Origin: an uncultured candidate division Zixibacteria bacterium
GTDB lineage: Bacteria; Zixibacteria; MSB-5A5; RBG-16-43-9
Reading direction: 5' to 3'
DNA length: 64,000 bases
NCBI GenBank assembly: GCA_963713865.1
Contig: OY970208.1
Location: 1,472,001 to 1,536,000 of the forward strand
Shown: piece after piece, positions 1 through 10,035 of the stretch
How the letters are laid out: every line of letters starts with the position of its first letter
Position numbering within the stretch: the first letter of the stretch is position 1
The notes under the pieces: generated by a model
Told to the model about the DNA's origin: nothing
The model's database searches: none
What the model saw: only the letters and a program-made list of their open reading frames with translations
Position numbers and translations under genes: made by a program

Positions 1-514
1 AGAACACGCTCAAAGAAGGGGTGCTAAAATCTATGCGGAGATGATTGGGGTGGGGATGAGTTCGGATGCTTATCATATCACTGCTCCAGCTCCAGGTGGA
101 GAGGGGGCAGCCCGAGCAATGAAACTTGCTCTTCGAGATGCGGAACTTGAGCCGGAAGATGTAGATTATATCAATACCCATGGGACTTCAACTGATTTAG
201 GAGATATCAGCGAGACTCAGGCCATAAAAAATGTTTTCGGAGAAAGAGCTTATAAAATTCCCGCTAATTCAACCAAATCAATGATTGGTCATCTCTTAGG
301 AGCTGCAGGTGCAGTTGAGTTGATCGCGGTTTTAAAATCGATGGAAAAGGGGGTTTTACATCCTACCATAAACCAAGAGGTTTCTGATCCTGAGTGTGAC
401 TTAGATTATGTAGCAAATCAGTCCCGAGAAACACGGATAAGGGTAGCTTTAAGTAACTCCTTTGGCTTTGGAGGGCACAACATCACCCTGATTGTAAAAA
501 GATTCAAAGATTAG
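1..514 (+). CDS. fabF: Beta-ketoacyl-ACP synthase II, 3' part (5' end outside window)
   Basis: Motifs [31 protein letters not shown] and [10 protein letters not shown]; rnc follows. Confidence 0.95.
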   Translation, partial: EHAQRRGAKIYAEMIGVGMSSDAYHITAPAPGGEGAARAMKLALRDAELEPEDVDYINTHGTSTDLGDISETQAIKNVFGERAYKIPANSTKSMIGHLLGAAGAVELIAVLKSMEKGVLHPTINQEVSDPECDLDYVANQSRETRIRVALSNSFGFGGHNITLIVKRFKD

Positions 515-538
515 AACTCTTCATACTTCTATGGTCTT

Positions 539-1288
539 ATGAAATTTGGACTTGGCAGGTTCATTAAATACTTACTTTCCAAACCAAAAAATCAAGCAAT
601 GGTGGGTTTGGAATTAAGGTTAGGGTATAAGTTTAAAAATAAAGATCTTTTGATTGAATCTCTGACTCATCGCTCCTCCTTAAAAGAACAAGGCAAGCAG
701 AGGGGGGCTTCTTATGAAAGACTTGAATTTTTAGGTGATGCGGTCTTAGGATTATCAGTCAGTCGTTTTTTATTTGAGAATTTTCCTGATCAAGATGAAG
801 GGGAACTAACCAAACTCAAAGCTACCTTAGTGAGTGAAGCTAATCTTGCTCGAAAAGCCAAGCTTATCTCTTTAGGGAAACATCTCTTTTTAAGTCCGGA
901 GGAGGAAAAATCTGGTGGCAGGTTAAGAACTTCTATCCTTTCTGATTCCTATGAAGCACTTTTAGGTGCAATTTTCTTAGATGGTGGACTGGAAGCAGCT
1001 GTACAGTTTATTCAAATGCAAATCTTGAGAAACTTAAAAGAGACGACGCTGGATAGGTCTTTTCAGAATTATAAGGGTGAACTTTTAGAATATCTTCAAG
1101 CTGAAGGGGAGGGTATTCCAAAATATGAAGTCCTGGAGGAAAGTGGGCCGGATCATCAAAAAATGTTTACCATCGGGGTATATTCAAAAGGAAGACGTCT
1201 GGGAACAGGGAAGGGAGCAAGTAAAAAAGAAGCAGAACAGAATGCAGCCAAGATGGCATTAGAGGAGTTCGAAAAAAATTTAAATTAA
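539..1288 (+). CDS. rnc: Ribonuclease III
   Basis: ERLEFLGDAVLG signature and a C-terminal dsRBD (GKGASKKEAEQNAA). Confidence 0.97.
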   Translation: MKFGLGRFIKYLLSKPKNQAMVGLELRLGYKFKNKDLLIESLTHRSSLKEQGKQRGASYERLEFLGDAVLGLSVSRFLFENFPDQDEGELTKLKATLVSEANLARKAKLISLGKHLFLSPEEEKSGGRLRTSILSDSYEALLGAIFLDGGLEAAVQFIQMQILRNLKETTLDRSFQNYKGELLEYLQAEGEGIPKYEVLEESGPDHQKMFTIGVYSKGRRLGTGKGASKKEAEQNAAKMALEEFEKNLN

Positions 1289-1290
1289 AT

Positions 1291-2448
1291 ATGGAATTCT
1301 GGTTTAGTAAAGAACAAAAGGAGCTTAAAGCTCTTAGCAGAGAAATAGCCCTGGGGAAAATTCAACCTAAAAGGGAATATTATGATGAAACTGAAGATTT
1401 CCCCTGGGAGATAGTGAAGGATTTATCTTCAGCCAAGCTTTTTGAGGTTTATATTCCTGAGGATTATGGTGGTAAAGGCGGGGGAGTAACTGAGCTTTGT
1501 ATTGTTACTGAAGAGCTATCGAGGGTATGTGGTGGAACTGCCTTAGCCTATGCTGGAACAGCTTTAGGTTCATATCCTATCTTGCTTTTTGGAAATGAAG
1601 AGCAGAAGAAAAAATATTTGCCCAGTATAGCTAAAGGGGAGAAATTAGCCGCTTTCGGTTTGACAGAAGCCAATGCCGGAAGCGATGTTTCAGCTATTCA
1701 AACTCAGGCAAAACCTATGGAAGATGGTTATATCCTGAATGGAACCAAGCAGTGGATTACCAATGGAGGAGAAGCTGAGATTTATACCATAATTGCGGTT
1801 ACTGATAAGACAAAAGGTGCCAGAGGTGCCAGCGCCTATATAATAGAAAAAGGGTTTAAAGGTTTTTCCTTTGGAAAAAAAGAGAAGAAGATGGGGATAA
1901 GAGCCTCTGCCACCAGGGAGCTAATTTTTAATGATTGCTTCGTGCCCAAGGAAAACCTCTTAGGGAAAGAAGGGACAGGTTTTATCGTGGCAATGAAGAC
2001 CTTTGATAAAACCAGACCCGGCGTGGCAGCTCAAGCTCTGGGGATTGCTCAGGGGGCTTTAGATGAAGCTTTAGAATATTCCAAAAAAAGGGAACAGTTT
2101 GGTAAAAGCATCTCCTCTTTTCAGGATATACAATTCAAATTAGCAGATATGGCTACTCAGATAGAAGCGGCAAGAGCTTTAATCTATTCAGTGGCAAAAC
2201 TTATTGATTCTGGAGTGGAAAAGGTCTCAAAAGTATCTTCTATGGCTAAAGTCTTTTCCTCAGATGTAGCAGTTAAAGTGACCAGTATGGCTTTACAGAT
2301 CTTCGGAGGATATGGTTATCTTAGGAACTATCCAGTAGAGAAGATGATGCGCGATGCCAAGATCACCCAGATTTATGAAGGGACGAATGAGGTCCAGAGG
2401 AATATAATCGCATTGAACTTGATTAAGGAGATCGCCACTCGGAAATAG
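1291..2448 (+). CDS. Acyl-CoA dehydrogenase (short-chain/butyryl-CoA type)
   Basis: FGLTEANAGSD, LNGTKQWITNG, QIFGGYGY and IYEGTNEVQR motifs. Confidence 0.95.
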   Translation: MEFWFSKEQKELKALSREIALGKIQPKREYYDETEDFPWEIVKDLSSAKLFEVYIPEDYGGKGGGVTELCIVTEELSRVCGGTALAYAGTALGSYPILLFGNEEQKKKYLPSIAKGEKLAAFGLTEANAGSDVSAIQTQAKPMEDGYILNGTKQWITNGGEAEIYTIIAVTDKTKGARGASAYIIEKGFKGFSFGKKEKKMGIRASATRELIFNDCFVPKENLLGKEGTGFIVAMKTFDKTRPGVAAQALGIAQGALDEALEYSKKREQFGKSISSFQDIQFKLADMATQIEAARALIYSVAKLIDSGVEKVSKVSSMAKVFSSDVAVKVTSMALQIFGGYGYLRNYPVEKMMRDAKITQIYEGTNEVQRNIIALNLIKEIATRK

Positions 2449-2501
2449 AAAAAAGAAAAAAAATAATATCCGATGTCGAATATCGAAAGACGAAAAATTT
2501 T

Positions 2502-2575
2502 GTAGGGACAGGCCTGCGTGTCTACCCTAATGATTTTTATAAGAACATGGTAGGGGCAATTTATGGATTACCCCT
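2502..2575. repeat. Two degenerate GTAG-type REP hairpins
   Basis: GTAGGGACAGGCCTGCGTGTCTACCCTA (2502) and GTAGGGGCAATTTATGGATTACCCCT (2550). Confidence 0.6.
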
Positions 2576-2589
2576 TCAATTTAATTATT

Positions 2590-3447
2590 ATGAAAGAACA
2601 GACTTGGAGATTTATTGATACTGGCAAAAATGGTCCTTATTTCAATATGGCGGTAGATGAAGTCCTTTTGCACTCAGTTCAGAAAGGGTGTCCACCAGTT
2701 TTACGTCTTTATCAATGGAATCCAGCTACTATTTCGATAGGCTATTTTCAGGAAGTAGAAAAGACTGTGGGTTTAGATAAATGTAATAAATCGGGGATTA
2801 AACTTGTCCGGAGAATAACTGGTGGAAGAGCAGTTCTACATAATGAAGAGCTGACCTATAGCTTTTGCGGTTCCTCAAAAGCTTTTCCAGAGTTCGGTCA
2901 AAATGTTACAGAGACATATCAGATGATTTCTGGAGCCATTTTATTATCTCTAAAGATTTTAGGGATTGAAGCTCAATGGGTTAAACCTTCAAGGGAAGGG
3001 AGAAATATGAAAAACTCATTCGCTGTAAAGGGAGATAAATTATCTGAAAAAAATTTTTTCGACCTGCCCTGTTTTTCCAGTTTTTCCAGATACGAGATCA
3101 GCTTTCAGGGTAAAAAGCTTATAGGGAGTGCCCAGAGAAGGTTTGGTGACTTTTTTCTTCAACACGGCTCAATTTTATTAAAGAAAGAAGATTTGAGATT
3201 AACTTATTTTCTACCTAAGGATAATTCCTTTAAGAAAATATATGTAGAGGAGAACTCTACCAGCCTCGGAGAAATAAGAGGTGGAGAGGTTTCGTATCTC
3301 GAAATCATTCGATCATTAAAACAAGGATTTGGTAGATTTTTTAAAAAAGATTTTGACGAAAGTTTATTAACCCCGGATGAACTCAAAAATACTCAAAGAC
3401 TTATAGAAGAGAAATATTCCAAGGACGAGTGGAACTTAAAATTGTAA
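2590..3447 (+). CDS. Lipoate-protein ligase family protein (LplA/LipM-like)
   Basis: NMAVDE, RRITGGRAVLH, KKLIGSAQRR and QHGSI motifs. ATG 2590 is preferred because ATG 2563 lies inside a REP. Confidence 0.9.
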   Translation: MKEQTWRFIDTGKNGPYFNMAVDEVLLHSVQKGCPPVLRLYQWNPATISIGYFQEVEKTVGLDKCNKSGIKLVRRITGGRAVLHNEELTYSFCGSSKAFPEFGQNVTETYQMISGAILLSLKILGIEAQWVKPSREGRNMKNSFAVKGDKLSEKNFFDLPCFSSFSRYEISFQGKKLIGSAQRRFGDFFLQHGSILLKKEDLRLTYFLPKDNSFKKIYVEENSTSLGEIRGGEVSYLEIIRSLKQGFGRFFKKDFDESLLTPDELKNTQRLIEEKYSKDEWNLKL

Positions 3448-3879
3448 AATTTAGCGCAATTTAAATCTAAAATAGCGTAATATTCTGCGTTTAGTTAAGT
3501 CTCCATATAACAAATAGTTAAATATTCTTAATCAGCGTTATCAAAAGATTTATCTTCACCTTTTGCGAAACAAATACTTAAATTAAAAAATAGGATAAGA
3601 ATTTCTAAACTTGGTTGATTTAATTTGTTGTTAAATAAGAACTTAAAAATGATGGATTCTGAGCCTGAAATCTATAATATGGGCATATTTTTTGTGTATA
3701 TAATTGTGTGGTATTTCCTCCTTCTTTCATATTAAAACCTCCTAGGACCCCTGCTTACCAAGAAGGTAAGCAGGGGTGAAAAATGAAAGAAAGGAAAAAT
3801 TTAAAAAGATTTAGTTTAACCCTTTATTATGAATTATGAAGGGGGAAATAAATAATTTATATTATGTTCAAAAAAAATC

Positions 3880-3908
3880 TTGACAATTTTAATAAGCTCT
3901 TATAATAT
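3880..3908 (+). promoter_or_regulatory. Sigma70-type promoter of the TBDR operon
   Basis: TTGACA 3880-3885 and TATAATAT 3901-3908; SD AAGGAGG precedes ATG 3972. Confidence 0.7.
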
Positions 3909-3971
3909 GTAATTTTAGATTATGGATTGAACTTAAGAAAATGGAAACTTTAACCAGTAAGGAGGAAAGAG

Positions 3972-6900
3972 ATGAAAGTTTTTAATGGGTTTAAGGTATT
4001 TCTATTTGTCTTTTCTCTGGTTTTATACCTGATATTTTCTACCTCGGTTAATGCTGGAATAACTGGTAAGCTCGCTGGCAAGGTTATAGATGATGCTACT
4101 GGCGAACCACTGTTCGGAGCTACGATATTGATCGAGGGCACAAGTATGGGGAATAAGGCCGGTCCGGATGGTTCTTATTATATTATCAATATTTCTCCAG
4201 GGAACTATTCGGTAATCGCCTCTATGATCGGCTACACCTCAGTTAAGGTAGAGAAAGTCCAGGTTATCGTTGACCAGAACGACTGAGGTTAGTTTCAGAC
4301 TGAAAACCCAGGCCGTGACTTTGAAGAAAAGCATTACGGTTGTAGCTGAACGACCTATAATCGATAAAGGGGTAACGGCTAATTTAAGGACCATCACCTC
4401 AGAACAGATAGCGCGTATGCCCGTGAGTGAGGTTACGGACGTTTTGAAATCGCAAGCCGGGTTTGTGACCAGGAATATGGAGCTGCACGTAAGGGGTGGA
4501 AGGGCAGGTGAAGTCTTATATATAGTTGATGGGGTAGCGACTAAGGATGTCTTAGGTGGCCTTGGTCTGGTAAGTGCAGGGATGAACATCTCCACGAGTG
4601 ATATTCAGGAAATAGACGTGTTAAAAGGTGGTTTTGATGCTGAGTTTGGTGGTAGTCAATCAGCCGCAGTAAATATTATAACCAAGGAGGGGAGTAGCAA
4701 AAAGACCGAAGGAAGGATAGAATTTTTAACCGACGATTTAGGGTCATCCTCCTTAAATAAGTATTCTTTCAATTCGGATAAGCTGGAATTCAGCGTGGGT
4801 GGTCCGGAGTTCCTTTTCTCCAAATTTATCTTGCCTTCTTTTATTACCCGGGACTTCTTACCCTTTTTCGGGATCAATCTGAATGGTGAAAATCTGACTT
4901 ACCGGATTAGTGGAAGCGTTAACAAAACCGATACTTATATGGATGTAAACCAATGGGCTACTCCCCAAACCAGAAAGTTATTCAGGGTGGATGATTTCTT
5001 GGGCTTCAAAATCCCGGAGAGGATGAATAACCAGTATTCTGCTCAAATAAAGACTTCATATAAGATCAGCCCTTCCAAGAGGCTTATTTTTTCCTATTCT
5101 AGAAACTGGGATAGATCCACCGTTTATTATAATCCGACTTCTGCTACCAGAGGAGATTGGAATATATGGAGGTATAGATATACCCCTTCTACCTTGCCGC
5201 AAGTTGAGAGTAAAACCAGTAACTTTAGCCTGCGGTTTACTCATAATGTAAGCAAAAGCACTTTCTACGAGATAAGCCTTTACAGGTTCAATTACGATAA
5301 GCTGCTCGCTCCTGGAGATCCTGATAACCCGGGAGGGTATCTCACACCGGGTGACTTTCTCGATCAAAACCTGTGGGAGAGTTTTACTGATCTGAATCAT
5401 AATGGGAGCTGGGATACTGCGGAGCCGTTTGTGGATGTGAACGGAAATAAAGCTTACAATAAAGGTGAGCCATTTGAAGACAGGAATGGGAATGGCAAAT
5501 GGGATAGTGCGGAGCCCTTTGTAGATACGCGCGATAGCGATAACCCAGCAGATACAGGGAATGGAAAGTATGACCCGGAGAAGGCGGCTATATCCCTTGG
5601 GGGGTATCTTCTTGATACCTGGGGGACAAAAGGCGTGGATAGAGGTGAACCTTACTGGGATGGGGATTCGCTCTTAGGTGAACCTTTTACAGATATAGAC
5701 GGCGATGGGGTATACGATAGTACCCGAGGAGATTTATGGGTTCCTTATTATGATGACTTGAACAGGAACAGTGTTTACGATGGCCCAACCTCTGACCCCT
5801 GTCCAGGTTTAGAGCATTGTGAAACCAGGATACCTTATATAGACCGTAATCATAACGGGCTTTATGATAAACCAAATTATAGATGGGATCCAGGAGAGGC
5901 TTACACGGACCTGAACGGGAACGGGAAATATGACGGGCAGGATTACTTTTATGATAGCGGTTATGAGGCAAGATGTTATTATCAGGACAGGTCAGAAAAC
6001 CGCCTGGGTCTGAGATTCAAACTGACCAGCCAGGTAACTAAAGAGCATCTTTTGAGTTGTGGATTCTCAATTCAGAGCTCAAAGGTTTCGTTGATAGATA
6101 TCAGGTATCCTTATACTAACTATACTGGGACTGCGGATGGTGGCCCCTGGCCAACCAAGGGGGTTTTCAGGGAGTTCTGGACGCATAAACCAACCTATGG
6201 AGACATCTGGATATCGGACAACTTAGAGTATGGCGCGATGATCGCCAAATTAGGTATCCGGCTTGATTTCTTCTCGCAGTCAAATGATTTACTCTGGATG
6301 CCATTGGAGGAAAGGATCATGATCAGTGAGGATCAAAGCACCCCAGTTAGTATCTCAAAATACAGAGCCAAGGTATCTCCCCGCTTAGGGGTATCCTATC
6401 CCATACTGGAGAAAGCAAAGGTGTTTTTCTATTACGGACATTTTTACCAGCTGCCGGAACTTCAGTGGATGTTCGGACGTCCTACCCAGGGCTCAACCGC
6501 CAATAGACTTTATGGTAATCCCAATCTCGGATGGTCCAAGATGATAGCTTATGAGTTCGGCGTTCAGTATGCCATCTCGGATGTTTATGCTTTGAATGTC
6601 TCTGGATTCTATAAGGATTATTTCGATCTGTTTAATACCCAGAATATTCAAGTTGGTCCAGATGAGTGGAATTTCTGGACAAATATAGATTACGCCAGAG
6701 CCAGAGGGGTTGAAACTGAGCTGGAGAAAAGATATGGTGGATACATAACCGGAAAATTAAACTATCAGTATTCCTTTGCCTTTGGCAAGAGTTCAGAGGA
6801 AGCCTCGAACTATTATAACCCAAACGCTATTTTCCATCAGGAATACCCTCTGGATTGGGATGTCAGGCATCAGCTTACCTTGAACCTGGATCTAAGGGTT

Positions 6901-7341
6901 TCTAAAGCTGACCATCCAAAGATCTTTGGCTTAAAGATGCCAAACAACTGGGGAGTGAACGTTATCTGGCAGTATAGAACCGGTTTCCCCTTCACCCCGG
7001 CTTCAACTTATCCCGGGATATCATCTACTTTGAGACGGAATGAGAATCCGGTCCCTTACTCCAAAAGGATGCCCTCTTCCAGCAATATAGATTTACGCTT
7101 CAATAAAGACTTCGATATCTGGAAATTGAGTTATTCCTTCACCCTCTGGATAAATAATGTGTTAGATCGTAAGGATGTTGCCGATGTTTATTCCAATACC
7201 GGAAGAGCGAATACCAGCATGAGTTATTACTCAGATTATTACCAAGATAACATCACCCTTCCCGGAATTGAGATTGACAAGAGCCCTTATAATTATGAGC
7301 CTGGAAGGAACATCAGGGTAGGTCTGGCGATCTCCTTCTAA
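3972..7341 (+). CDS. TonB-dependent receptor with N-terminal carboxypeptidase-regulatory-like domain, plug, barrel and inserted Ca-binding-like repeats; split by a +1 frameshift at about 4278
   Basis: ORF 3972-4286 (signal peptide, GITGKLAGKVID...GEPLFGATI) joins ORF 4270-7341 (LHVRGGRAGEVLYIVDG, KGGFDAEFG, SPRLGVSYPI, C-terminal LAISF). Removing one A from GACCAGAACGACT gives ...VIVDQTTEVSF. Confidence 0.88.
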
Positions 7342-7398
7342 AACTTAAGGAGTTTATTAATGTTCTTTTTGGGAAACAAAAAAGCGAGGAGGTTTGTA

Positions 7399-10005
7399 AT
7401 GAGGTACAGATTTAAATTAAAAATTTTATTTACTTTATTTTTAATGATTAGCTTTTCTGGTCTATCCCTTTACTCAGTCAAAGCCCGGAACAGGGTTCAG
7501 ACAGATAAGCCGGAAGGCTTATCTACCTTGCAGAAACCTGCCGCATCCCCTTGCAGTCAGCAGAGAACTCACCGGGTAGCAAAATACTGCTTTACCTTGA
7601 CTAACTGGGGTTTCATCGGGAGTGAGCTGGAGCGACGCTATGAATCTCAAGGTGGCTGTTTCAACCCCAATCCTACTGAAAATGTTCTCGCACCTTCATT
7701 TGAATTTCCCTGTGGAACCCAACTAGAGTATCTGTTTCAGGGAGCATTATGGATAGGTGCGATAGTAGAGGGAGAGACTTTGGTAACCGTGGGAGCAGAT
7801 GGCTGGCTGGCAACTAACGAGATGTATCCGGACTTCTCTCCTGACGGTTGTATAAAGGAAAAAACCACCCGTCTGGCCACCCCCAACTGTAATCCAACCC
7901 CTGCGGAGATGTTGGATGGGGCTGTTTCGGAACAGGATATCATCGCAGTTTATTATGATACCTTAACGGAAGGTGTAGACCAAGATGAATATGATCAAAG
8001 GCCTCATAAGCCTCTGGGGATAAAGGTCACCCAGAAAAGTTATAGCTGGAGCTATGACTATGCGGAGGACTTCGTTCTGATCGACTTCGATATTGCCAAC
8101 ATAAATAAAAGTAAAGAGATAAGGAATCTATATATCGGTCTGTATATTGATGCAGATGTGGGTTCTATGGACGACAATGACGCTTTTACTGATGATATCA
8201 CCGGCTTCAGGTCCACTTATCTCTCCCCGCTTTGGCCGGATACTAATTTCTACCAGGATACTATTAATATCGGCTATATTGCGGATAACGATGGGGGTTT
8301 AAGTAAGGGAAGGCGGTCGAGAGAGGGGTACCCGACCAGTGTTACTGGGGTGAGGGTGGTTCGAGCACCTACGCCCAATACCATCTTTAACTGGTGGATG
8401 TCCCAGTCAGATGTTACCTTAGACTGGGGACCCCAGAAAAAGGCTAATTGGGAGGCCTATCTAAAAAAATACGGCGATTGGTGTAATGGTGCGAAGGGGA
8501 CGCCCTGTGGTGATCGGGCTAAATATTTTGTAATGTCTAATGGGGAACATGATTATGACCAGATTTACACTTGTGTTGATAAGCAGGCTGAGGGCTGGGA
8601 ACCGCCGCCCACTAATTGTGTGGATATGGCTAATGGTTATGATACCCGTTATCTATTCTCTTTTGGTCCGATTGAGCTTTTGAAGCCGGGGGAATCTAAG
8701 AAGGTTACTGTGGGGTATGTAGCCGGTGAGAATTTTCACTACAAGGATAATCCCATAGAAACAAGCAACCCCCAAACTTTTTACAATAACCTGGATTTTA
8801 GTGATTTTGCTAATAATGCTCGTTGGTCAGGCTGGGTATATGATAATCTTGGGGTTGATACAGATGGCGACGGTTATGTGGGGAAGTGCGCCAGGGATAC
8901 GGTTGCTGATACCTGTCTTTTCTATTATGAGGGAGATGGGATACCAGATTTTAAGGGTCCGCCGCCGCCCATTCCACCAGATTTAAAATTTGAGACCAGT
9001 CAGGGTAATATAAAGGTGATCTGGAATGGTAAAAATACAGAAGAGGGGAAGGATCATTTTACAGAGACTAAAGATTTTGAGGGTTACAGGATATATATGA
9101 GCTATACAGGGTTGGCAAACGACTGGATACTTTTATCTTCCTATGATTTCGAAGATTATAATATGTGGAGGTTAAAACCCAAGGCGGGCGGGTATGATAC
9201 GATCTGGTTAGATGAAAAACTCAAACCTGAAAATCTAATTGAGTGTTTTGGGGATAGTCTTGGGGATACGCTTTTGAGTGTTTTGAGAAAAAATCCTGAT
9301 TATTATAACACGAATAATCCCTTTGTTTATCCTGGTCCGGATACATTGAAATACAACTGGTATAAGATAGCTCCAATGGATAAGCTGTTCTTTGGTCTGC
9401 AGGACTGGAATAATGATTTGAAGGGATTGAGGGATTACGATTCCGCTACGGTGGCTTACGCTGATAGTGTGGATAATGGCTTAATTCCTCCTTCAGATAC
9501 CATAAGGGATGTCTACTATAATTGTAAATTTTCCATACCGGCTGCTCGACCTTACAGTTTCCCGATCTGGGTTTCAGTAGTCGCTTTTGATGCTGGCAAT
9601 GCTAAGACCAAATTAGGACCTTTACAGTCATCCAAAGGGGTAACCGCTAAGATGGTCTTTCCAATGGATTCTCCGGAGGAAGCTCACCAGAAAGGCACGA
9701 AGGTAGCAGTGGTGCCTAATCCGTTTAAGATCTCTGACAATTATGTATTCCCGGAAGGTCGTCAGACTGGAACAAGCTCATCAGAGATGCGGATATTTTT
9801 CCATTACCTGCCTACTGAATGCACCTTAAGGATATTTACCTTAGATGGGGACCTGGTTCTTGAGACACAATATAAAGGTGAGGATGGGATCTATTCCTGG
9901 AATTTGTTAAACCGGAACAATCAGTTTGTAGTCTCGGGGATTTATCTTTATAGCGTTGAATCGAAATGGGGAAATGAGTTAGGTAAATTTGTTATTATCA
10001 AATAG
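7399..10005 (+). CDS. Large secreted protein with FN3-like region and T9SS-A/FlgD-like C-terminal domain
   Basis: SD AGGAGG before ATG 7399; signal peptide; DTDGDG and GDGIPDFKGPPPP; DFEGYRIY; C-terminus VVPNPF...RIFTLDGDLV...SGIYLYSVES...GKFVIIK. Confidence 0.8.
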   Translation: MRYRFKLKILFTLFLMISFSGLSLYSVKARNRVQTDKPEGLSTLQKPAASPCSQQRTHRVAKYCFTLTNWGFIGSELERRYESQGGCFNPNPTENVLAPSFEFPCGTQLEYLFQGALWIGAIVEGETLVTVGADGWLATNEMYPDFSPDGCIKEKTTRLATPNCNPTPAEMLDGAVSEQDIIAVYYDTLTEGVDQDEYDQRPHKPLGIKVTQKSYSWSYDYAEDFVLIDFDIANINKSKEIRNLYIGLYIDADVGSMDDNDAFTDDITGFRSTYLSPLWPDTNFYQDTINIGYIADNDGGLSKGRRSREGYPTSVTGVRVVRAPTPNTIFNWWMSQSDVTLDWGPQKKANWEAYLKKYGDWCNGAKGTPCGDRAKYFVMSNGEHDYDQIYTCVDKQAEGWEPPPTNCVDMANGYDTRYLFSFGPIELLKPGESKKVTVGYVAGENFHYKDNPIETSNPQTFYNNLDFSDFANNARWSGWVYDNLGVDTDGDGYVGKCARDTVADTCLFYYEGDGIPDFKGPPPPIPPDLKFETSQGNIKVIWNGKNTEEGKDHFTETKDFEGYRIYMSYTGLANDWILLSSYDFEDYNMWRLKPKAGGYDTIWLDEKLKPENLIECFGDSLGDTLLSVLRKNPDYYNTNNPFVYPGPDTLKYNWYKIAPMDKLFFGLQDWNNDLKGLRDYDSATVAYADSVDNGLIPPSDTIRDVYYNCKFSIPAARPYSFPIWVSVVAFDAGNAKTKLGPLQSSKGVTAKMVFPMDSPEEAHQKGTKVAVVPNPFKISDNYVFPEGRQTGTSSSEMRIFFHYLPTECTLRIFTLDGDLVLETQYKGEDGIYSWNLLNRNNQFVVSGIYLYSVESKWGNELGKFVIIK

Positions 10006-10035
10006 CTTAGCCAAGCTAAAGGAGAGGAGTTAGAT

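Noticed and set aside
3880-3908. Lineage-specific 15-bp promoter spacer (TTGACA-N15-TATAAT at 3880 and 22415; N15-TATTAT at pyr)
   Set aside because: Overlapping TAnnnT boxes at 17 bp exist for 3880 and 22415, and other promoters here have 16-17 bp spacers. The examples are too few.
4261-4290. Programmed ribosomal frameshift or selenocysteine readthrough in the TBDR
   Set aside because: There is no slippery heptamer, the continuation is in a different frame (so not readthrough), and a single extra A explains the break.
5377-5955. Diversity-generating retroelement TR/VR or DNA tandem repeat
   Set aside because: The repeats are conserved at protein level with divergent codons, and there is no reverse transcriptase in the window.
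4239-6823. Antisense and overlapping short ORFs in the TBDR, and similar 60-160 aa shadow ORFs across the window
   Set aside because: They lie opposite or within well-supported genes and show no motifs or SD sequences.
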